The translations under genes were made by a program, and so were the position numbers. A DNA stretch of 20,000 nt from IMG/VR virus record IMGVR_UViG_3300006169_000035; one strand, 5' to 3'. The notes beneath the pieces are model-generated. The model searched no databases. It saw only the letters and a program-made list of their open reading frames with translations, and was not told where the DNA came from. Source of the stretch: an uncultured virus (IMG/VR IMGVR_UViG_3300006169_000035). Taxonomy: Duplodnaviria > Heunggongvirae > Uroviricota > Caudoviricetes. Positions within the stretch are counted from its first letter, which is position 1, and every line of letters starts with the position of its first letter. Below, piece after piece: positions 7,918 to 14,140 of this stretch.

Positions 7918-8675
7918 TCCACCTCCCAGAAGTTGTTCCAAGCGTACCAGCCGTCCTCGAAGTCGTAGATCCCGATCCCGAGACGCACCATGAGGTAGTC
8001 CCACCAGAGCTTGAAGTTCGGGTTCTGCTTGAGCGCCTGCTTGTTGAGCGGGTCGGGACACCGAGGCATGCGTGCCTGCATCTCGGCGAGCTCGGCGTAG
8101 ATCCGTGATCCGATCTCGCGAATCGAGTCCTCTTCGAGAGGAACGTCGTCACGCGCGTAACGAGCGACGAGGCGCGCGACGTAGCCCCAGGCGGTTCCGG
8201 TCTGACCGGTTGGGCTGACGTATCGCAGCGCGTCGGCCAGCGTGGCCTGTGCAGACGGCCCTCCGTTGACCGGCATCCACCAGTTGCCCCACTCCTGGTA
8301 GCCGGGCACCGGCAAGAAGAGACGACCTTCCGCGATCACCTTGCAGTCCGGACTGATGTAGACGAGGTTGCCGTTCCAGTCGAAGTCGCGCGGGATCCCA
8401 CCAGCTCCGTACTGTCCGCCTCCCCATCCCTTCTTGCGCGGCGGAGGACCTTGGTTGTCCGGGCCCGGGATGATCTCGCCCGATCCAGGGATGTCCGGAT
8501 CGATGTCGGGCTCTCGCTCGCCAGGTGGCAGCACGGGACCGATCGGCTCTTCGCCGGCACTCTTCTTCCGGCGGCGCATCGCGTACGCTCCGCCGGCAAT
8601 GCCGAGTCCGAGCGTGCCAGCGGCAACGAGGATGGCCCACTGAGTGGGCGACGGGTTTGGCAGACGCAGTCTCAT
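7914..8675 (-). CDS. Membrane-anchored protein whose N-terminal anchor is paralogous to 7015..7917
   Basis: MRLRLPNPSPTQWAILV..., TM helix, Pro/Gly linker, aromatic-rich domain; ATGA overlap. Confidence 0.85.
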   Translation of the reverse strand: MRLRLPNPSPTQWAILVAAGTLGLGIAGGAYAMRRRKKSAGEEPIGPVLPPGEREPDIDPDIPGSGEIIPGPDNQGPPPRKKGWGGGQYGAGGIPRDFDWNGNLVYISPDCKVIAEGRLFLPVPGYQEWGNWWMPVNGGPSAQATLADALRYVSPTGQTGTAWGYVARLVARYARDDVPLEEDSIREIGSRIYAELAEMQARMPRCPDPLNKQALKQNPNFKLWWDYLMVRLGIGIYDFEDGWYAWNNFWEVE

Positions 8676-9109
8676 GCTGGACCTCTGTCGTTGATGGGGC
8701 AGATCTCGGTGCTGATGAGCGCCTTGCGAGCCACGAATCCGAGTTCGGAGAAGAGCTGCGAGGCGGTGGGGTGATCACCCGTCACGGGCGGCCAATCGAA
8801 GTCAGGGTATAGCTCGCGAGCCATGCACAGACGGATCTCGTTGGTGAGTTCGTCGATCGTGGTCGTTTCGCTTGCCGCCTTCACGAGAGGGGCTCCGCAC
8901 TCGCAGACGAGTTCGTCGAGGACCTCGAACTGCTCCTCGCTGTAGGGCATCTCGACGGCGTACGATGGATCGGGAAGGCGGTAACCCTCCTTGTCGATCG
9001 CGGCGAACGCCTTGCGACCGATCCTGCTACCGGCGACCAGGTATCCGACAGCTCCGCCGATGACGACGCCAGCTCCGATCCCGAGTGCGAGCTTGAGCTT
9101 TGGGTTCAT
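8672..9109 (-). CDS. Membrane-anchored protein starting MNP
   Basis: MNPKLKLALGIGAGVVIGGAVGYLVAG, then a helical domain; ATGA overlaps and GAGGAG RBS. Confidence 0.85.
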   Translation of the reverse strand: MNPKLKLALGIGAGVVIGGAVGYLVAGSRIGRKAFAAIDKEGYRLPDPSYAVEMPYSEEQFEVLDELVCECGAPLVKAASETTTIDELTNEIRLCMARELYPDFDWPPVTGDHPTASQLFSELGFVARKALISTEICPINDRGPA

Positions 9110-9765
9110 CGATCTCTCCTCACCGGCACGACCACGCCTTCAGAAGTGCGTGCCCACGCGCTGCCGTTGCTCGAACGCTGGATCTGGCTGACGAGCACTC
9201 GCCGGCCGTGGAGGCCCGGAATCGGAGCGCAGCGCCACACTCCGTGCTCGTCGACCGCACAGATGTCGTCCTCCTCGCACACGACGCGTCCATCCTCTAT
9301 GTGGCAAGCGGATCCCTCGACCGGGTTGCTCGCCACCGGGATCGGACTGCGTCGTCCTTCGAGGAAGTTGGCCGTCGGGTCGATGGCATCGGTCTCGGTT
9401 ACGAATACGCCGTGAAGATCGTCGTCTCCTTGCGAGACTGCGACGCACAGCGTCCGCACGCCATACTTCTCCTCGACGACCGCTGCTTCGAACGCCGCCG
9501 CATCGCCACATGAGAAGGTGCGGCGCTGGACCATCTCTCGGTAGCCGTAGATGTTCATGATCGGCTGCCCGTACTCGTCGAGGCGATGCTGCTCGGGGAG
9601 GTAGCGCAGGTCGAGCTCGCCGACGGTGTCGGGTACGTGAAGGCCCTCGGCGAGCATCGCAGCGATCACGGCGCGGTTGTCTCGCTTGACGATCTCCATG
9701 AGTTCGCCGAAGCGATTTCTCATCGCGTCGCCCTCGGGCATGCACATGTGGAGCGTGATCTTCAT
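9106..9765 (-). CDS. Transglutaminase-like (papain-fold) Cys-His-Asp enzyme, putative maturation protease, with a C-terminal Cys-containing repeat
   Basis: TFSCGDAAAFEAA (Cys86 at a helix start), DLHGVFV (His118) and AIDPT (Asp129) have the order and spacing of the transglutaminase-like catalytic triad. Confidence 0.72.
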   Translation of the reverse strand: MKITLHMCMPEGDAMRNRFGELMEIVKRDNRAVIAAMLAEGLHVPDTVGELDLRYLPEQHRLDEYGQPIMNIYGYREMVQRRTFSCGDAAAFEAAVVEEKYGVRTLCVAVSQGDDDLHGVFVTETDAIDPTANFLEGRRSPIPVASNPVEGSACHIEDGRVVCEEDDICAVDEHGVWRCAPIPGLHGRRVLVSQIQRSSNGSAWARTSEGVVVPVRRDR

Positions 9766-9771
9766 CGGTGA

Positions 9772-10713
9772 CTAGACGTTGAGGATCTGAACGACGCTGA
9801 CGTACGTGTCGTCGCTTTCGATGGTGCGCCTGACGAGGAAGGCGTTGGCGTTGCCTGGGATCGTCGTGCGTGGGAAACGGCTCGAGCCTGTCGGAACCAC
9901 CACGGTGTCGAGCACGAAGAACGGAGGGAACGGGGGACCAAAGAGCACCTCGGCCACCCCGTTGGGAGCCGTGGCCCAATCCGGCACGTAGACGAAGTCG
10001 AGCATGACAGTCGCTCCGTCCGCTGCAATGGCATCGATCCCGCCGGTGACATCGACGCTGTCAGCGACTCTCGGGATCAGCCACGACGCTTGCGCCTCAC
10101 CTGCGAGGATGACGGGCACCGTGTACGTGAGCGGGTTGTGCTGCCTCGCCGATCCGAGCGTGAAGTAGACCGACGATCGCAGGAGCGTTTCGAGCTGCAG
10201 CGGTCCGGGATCGTCGCCGATAGGATCTGGTTCGTTCGGAATGTCGACCCGTGGATCGGGCACGAGCACTTCGATCTTCTGAACCGAGTACGCGGCTACG
10301 TCGAACTCGACGCCCGCGCTGACGTCGAAGTCGATGTAGCGAACGCGCGACGTTCCCATCGCGAGCGTGAGTCGAGCCTTGAGCAAAGAGCTGCGACTAC
10401 CTCGCGTACGGATCGCTGACGGAGACAGCACGGATTCGTCGACGGGATGTGCGACCTCGCCGTCGACACTCATGCTGATGTGCTGCCACTTGCCGAAGGG
10501 AGAGTTCTGGGCGACGCGCTCGTCGCCCATGTGCAAGATCGACGCGTTGCCCGAGTGCGGAGCGCTCGGACTGCTGTCCTTGACGAACGTGAGCGACCCG
10601 AGCTCAGGCGTCCTCGGCTCCTGCAGCACCCACCGGAACGCGTACGGACTCACGAGCGGCACCCGTACGAGGTACAGGTACGAGTCGGGCGAGAGTGGAT
10701 TGCAGATCCCCAT
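9772..10713 (-). CDS. Beta-strand-rich protein, candidate capsid/vertex protein (possibly two jelly-roll-like domains)
   Basis: 313 aa with no TM helix and alternating hydrophobic strands in two blocks separated by a Pro/Asp linker. The CDS is clear; the fold is an inference. Confidence 0.55.
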   Translation of the reverse strand: MGICNPLSPDSYLYLVRVPLVSPYAFRWVLQEPRTPELGSLTFVKDSSPSAPHSGNASILHMGDERVAQNSPFGKWQHISMSVDGEVAHPVDESVLSPSAIRTRGSRSSLLKARLTLAMGTSRVRYIDFDVSAGVEFDVAAYSVQKIEVLVPDPRVDIPNEPDPIGDDPGPLQLETLLRSSVYFTLGSARQHNPLTYTVPVILAGEAQASWLIPRVADSVDVTGGIDAIAADGATVMLDFVYVPDWATAPNGVAEVLFGPPFPPFFVLDTVVVPTGSSRFPRTTIPGNANAFLVRRTIESDDTYVSVVQILNV

Positions 10714-12155
10714 CAGCGATTCCCGGAGAAGAGCTTGCGCTTGCGTGCGCTCTGGTATCGATTCCGAAGATCAGGGTTTCGCATAGGACCCGCGTGGCGA
10801 ACTCGCAGAGCTCCTCCGCTTGCCCCTCGACGGCCCTCGTCGCAGCCGCTGCACGGATGCCCGTGCGCACAGTCGTCGCAGCACGGCTCCTTCGGAGGGC
10901 AGTTGCACTGAACGCACTGCATCGTGCTCGTGTCGAGCAGTGTGCCCGGCGGACACTTCGGACACGTCGGCGGGGGCACGCAGGCTCCGTTCGGATCGCG
11001 CCACATGCCGGGCGGGCACGGATCGAGTTCGGGCGGACACTCGGGCGGCTCGTGGCACGTCCCGTCAGGACTGAGGAACTGCCCCGGAGGACACGTCGGA
11101 CAGTCGGGGCATAGCTGCGGAGGCGGGCACCGCTGACCGCACGTCGGGATCCGCGTCCCGTCGGCGTAGACGCCCCACGTGTAGCCGTCTTCCATGACGA
11201 AGTCGGTGACCTCGGCCGGCGTTCCGTTGAGCTCGGGCTTGCCCGGACAGACGAGCGTCAGAGTCTGCAGGTTCACGCAGCAGAAGACCGGAGGACACTC
11301 GTCGGTCCCCGGGCAAAGCGGCATGCGAGCGCCGCCGCCTTGCCACACGGCCCAGACGTAGATCTGCCCGTCTGCGCTGACCCACGAGGCGACGATACCA
11401 GCCGCCGCGCCGTCGAGCTCGTTGCCGGGACACACGATCGTCTCCGTCGTCGGGTCGTAGCAGCAGTCGACGACCGGATCGTCGCAGATCGGAAACGCCA
11501 TCGTGCTGTTCTCCGGAGCGAAGTCCGGGCTCATCACGATCGCCAGGATCGATCCATCGGCCTGGGGCTGCATCGCGAGCAAGCTGACCTTGAGGCCGTT
11601 CCACTCGCCATCGCAACGCAGTGTGCCCGACGCGACGTCGTAGCAGCACTGCTGCGGAGTTCCAGGCGGGGGGATCAGATCGGGCGGCTGAGGACAGCTC
11701 AGGAAGAGGAACTCGTTGTCGCCGGTGTGGACCTCACACCAGCGATTTTGCTCAGCAGTGTCGTCGGTGTAACAGGTGATCGTTTCGAGCGGCACCGTGC
11801 GACCGTGCATGTACGAGTCGGCAGCGCCTTGCGGACACGTCACCAGGCCCGTTCTCTCGTCGACGCAGCACGTGGGCGGCAGATCGGTTCCCGTCGGCGT
11901 GGTCAGCCACGGATCGTCGTCGGCGCACAGGGGGAAATAGGCCTCCTGGTTTGGCAGAGACGGATGACGCACCAGCGCTCGACCAGTCGCAGCATCGATG
12001 CCGATCAGCTGCACGGCGACTCCGTTGAGCGGGTCGGATGGATCGCCTACGAGCGTGCCGCTGACTGCGTCGTAGCAGAGCTCGGGATTGCTGGCGCGAG
12101 CTCGCATCGCGTCGTACCAATGCTCCAACTCGGACTGGGTTCGTCGTCTTGCCAT
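10713..12155 (-). CDS. Cys-rich repeat protein (five ~60-aa repeats plus a CPPG-repeat tail), candidate spike/surface protein (480 aa)
   Basis: Start revised to ATG 12155 because the longer start lies inside the terminator. Repeats begin LCYD, CCVD, CCYD, CCYD and CCVN. NP motifs sit near both ends. Confidence 0.8.
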   Translation of the reverse strand: MARRRTQSELEHWYDAMRARASNPELCYDAVSGTLVGDPSDPLNGVAVQLIGIDAATGRALVRHPSLPNQEAYFPLCADDDPWLTTPTGTDLPPTCCVDERTGLVTCPQGAADSYMHGRTVPLETITCYTDDTAEQNRWCEVHTGDNEFLFLSCPQPPDLIPPPGTPQQCCYDVASGTLRCDGEWNGLKVSLLAMQPQADGSILAIVMSPDFAPENSTMAFPICDDPVVDCCYDPTTETIVCPGNELDGAAAGIVASWVSADGQIYVWAVWQGGGARMPLCPGTDECPPVFCCVNLQTLTLVCPGKPELNGTPAEVTDFVMEDGYTWGVYADGTRIPTCGQRCPPPQLCPDCPTCPPGQFLSPDGTCHEPPECPPELDPCPPGMWRDPNGACVPPPTCPKCPPGTLLDTSTMQCVQCNCPPKEPCCDDCAHGHPCSGCDEGRRGASGGALRVRHAGPMRNPDLRNRYQSARKRKLFSGNR

Positions 12156-12191
12156 GGGTCGATTTCCTGAATCGGGAGAAGTTGCTGCGAG

Positions 12192-12227
12192 AAAACAAAA
12201 AAGGGGCGAGGCCATGAGCCCCGCCCC
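12192..12227 (-). terminator. Rho-independent terminator downstream of 12267..13100
   Basis: The minus strand reads GGGGCGGGGC-TCATG-GCCTCGCCCC followed by TTTTTTGTTTT. Confidence 0.88.
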
Positions 12228-12266
12228 TTTTCTCATCGCGAGGCGAGATGAGCTAAGCCGAGGGGC

Positions 12267-13100
12267 TTAGTACATCCCCCGCTGACGACGACCCCACGGC
12301 GACCCGTAGAACGGGTTGTTCACCGCTCCGTTCGCCGCCGACATCACCGGAGCCGGCATCGGAGGCGCGACCTGGGGACCGTAGCCGGGAATCGGCTGCG
12401 GGAACCCGGGCACCCACTGGGCGCTCGGGATCACCGACGGCTGCGGGATCAGTCCGGGCGGCCACGGGAAGCAGCCGTCGAACTCGAGCCGATCACCGAC
12501 GATGATCATGTTGAACAGCGGGATCGTGCTGAGCGTATCGACCGGGTCGAACGTCAGCAGGAGCGGCGCCAGGTTGGAGAAGCAGCCGAAGTCGAACGGG
12601 CAGTAGCAGTCGGTCGTGTCGAAGAACGCCACGTCGATGCCGGACCCGGGACACAGCTGATCCCGCGTATCGAACCCGCTCACGATGCTCGTGAGGATGA
12701 ACGTGTTCGGAGGGCTGAACGTCCTCGCGCCACAACCGTTGAAGAACGTGTTCCCGCAGCTGATCTCCAGCGTGACGGGAGACAGCGTCTCCGGCTGCAC
12801 GACGACGCCGAGCAGCGCGTTGGGCTGCAGATAGGGCGCCTGCGTGTTGTAGGGCAGACCTGCGAAGGGGCTCGGAACGAACCCGGACGCACATCCACCC
12901 CAATCGGGCCCGCAACCAGCCATCGCACCCGCCTCGGCACCCTGGGGCACCGCGGGGGCCTGCTGCTGCTGCTGCTGCATCGCCGCCGGCTGACCCGCGA
13001 GCGCGCCATACTGCGCACCGCGGGGGATCTGACCCTGCACCAGGCGACGCTGGGCGACCTGAAGCTGCTGGGCCACGGAAGGAACTCTGCTGCGATTCAT
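12267..13100 (-). CDS. Candidate major capsid protein with one central jelly-roll-like beta domain, a Gln-rich N-arm and a Pro-rich C-arm
   Basis: Central ~115 aa beta-strand pattern (VTLEISC...FILTSIVSG...QL...IDVAFF...LLLTF...FNMIIVG). It is the second gene of the operon and is followed by a strong terminator, as is typical of abundant structural genes. The function is an inference. Confidence 0.5.
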   Translation of the reverse strand: MNRSRVPSVAQQLQVAQRRLVQGQIPRGAQYGALAGQPAAMQQQQQQAPAVPQGAEAGAMAGCGPDWGGCASGFVPSPFAGLPYNTQAPYLQPNALLGVVVQPETLSPVTLEISCGNTFFNGCGARTFSPPNTFILTSIVSGFDTRDQLCPGSGIDVAFFDTTDCYCPFDFGCFSNLAPLLLTFDPVDTLSTIPLFNMIIVGDRLEFDGCFPWPPGLIPQPSVIPSAQWVPGFPQPIPGYGPQVAPPMPAPVMSAANGAVNNPFYGSPWGRRQRGMY

Positions 13101-13225
13101 GATCTTGAATCCTTGTTCGTTTGGTTGCTGACTCCCGGAGTTGTTCTCGCGGTGTTACCCGCTCGTCCCTGAGCCTTTGCCTTCCTTCGTAGACGTCGGA
13201 GGCGCGGCTCGCCGGTTGAAGGAAA

Positions 13226-13840
13226 CTATGCGACGGCTGGCACGACCGACACGACGGAGTTCGGATCGGCCAGCATCTTCTTGCGCTTGCGCTCGTAGGC
13301 GAAACGACCGACGACCTTGGCGAGCATGAGACCGAAGCTGCTGATCGCCGTGATCGTGAAGCCGCGCTCCCATGTGCCGGGATCGCTGCCTTTGGGTCTC
13401 GACGCCGAGATGATCCCGGCGATCGCACCCGACACGACCGGAACGACGAGGAGCTTCGGCACGAAGAAGAACGTCGTCGGATCGGCCACGCCGCGCTCGT
13501 GGTCCCACGGGTAGGGCGTCTCTTGGAGATTCGCACCGACGTCGGCGGCTCCTTCGAGTTCCCAGTCGGCCACGAGCAAGTCGCGCTTGGCCTCCATGGA
13601 TCCGAGCCACCAGCCCGTAGCGGAGAGCAGCGCGAAGCTGATCACCGCGGCTCCGAGGTCGCGTGTGCTGTTGTCGGCTTCTGCGACCTGATTCTCGGCG
13701 CGGACCTTGCGACCGGCGAGCTTCGTCATGCTGTCGGCAGCGAGCTCGGGGTTGGTCTTGATCAGATCCATCGCCTCGGACCGGTAGTCCTTCGCGTTGA
13801 ACCGCGGGCGTCGACGCAGTGCGGTTGAGGTGCGTGCCAT
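13226..13840 (-). CDS. Multi-pass (about 3 TM) membrane protein, first gene of the structural operon
   Basis: Three hydrophobic segments, basic termini and a GGTGGGG RBS-like element upstream. Confidence 0.82.
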   Translation of the reverse strand: MARTSTALRRRPRFNAKDYRSEAMDLIKTNPELAADSMTKLAGRKVRAENQVAEADNSTRDLGAAVISFALLSATGWWLGSMEAKRDLLVADWELEGAADVGANLQETPYPWDHERGVADPTTFFFVPKLLVVPVVSGAIAGIISASRPKGSDPGTWERGFTITAISSFGLMLAKVVGRFAYERKRKKMLADPNSVVSVVPAVA

Positions 13841-13960
13841 CGTTTCGACCCCACCAAAAAAAACTCGCGACCGTCAAGGCGCACACGAGAACGGCTCGAG
13901 GAGACCCGTTGGCAACGCGTCCACGCGTCCTCGGGAACCTCGGCGCCGGCGGTGACGGCT

Positions 13961-14020
13961 GAAAGTCACACGAAGTGCCAAGAAGTCACATCTCCCAAGC
14001 GCAAGTACCACGAAGTCACA
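13961..14020. promoter_or_regulatory. 10-bp phased direct-repeat array (consensus xGAAGTxxCA) in the divergent intergenic region
   Basis: gaAAGTcaca cgAAGTgcca agAAGTcaca tctcccaagc gcAAGTacca cgAAGTcaca; further AAGTCACA copies at 14130 and 14452. Confidence 0.65.
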
Positions 14021-14140
14021 GCGCAACATGTCCTCTGCGCGCACGCACGAGCATGTTCTTCGGACGACACAACCGCCGCAGACAGGTGATCCGGTGCGGT
14101 TTCTTGAGCCGTTGGCCTGTTCTTCGAAAAAGTCACACAC

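Noticed and set aside
930..8675. Polybasic leaders as Tat, lipoprotein or prepilin signal peptides
   Set aside because: No S/T-R-R-x-F-L-K consensus, no consistent lipobox or AxA site, and no G|F-x-x-x-E prepilin motif. The motif also occurs internally and in proteins with no TM helix.
12959..12978. CAG/CTG trinucleotide run as a contingency or phase-variable repeat
   Set aside because: It is short and in frame (six Gln codons), so slippage would not shift the frame.
529..13828. Many long + strand ORFs in the track (e.g. 1828..2850, 3066..3863, 4395..5183, 11340..12170)
   Set aside because: They are antisense shadows of a gap-free, translationally coupled minus-strand operon. Their Arg/Ala/Ser-rich composition is typical of non-coding frames in high-GC DNA.
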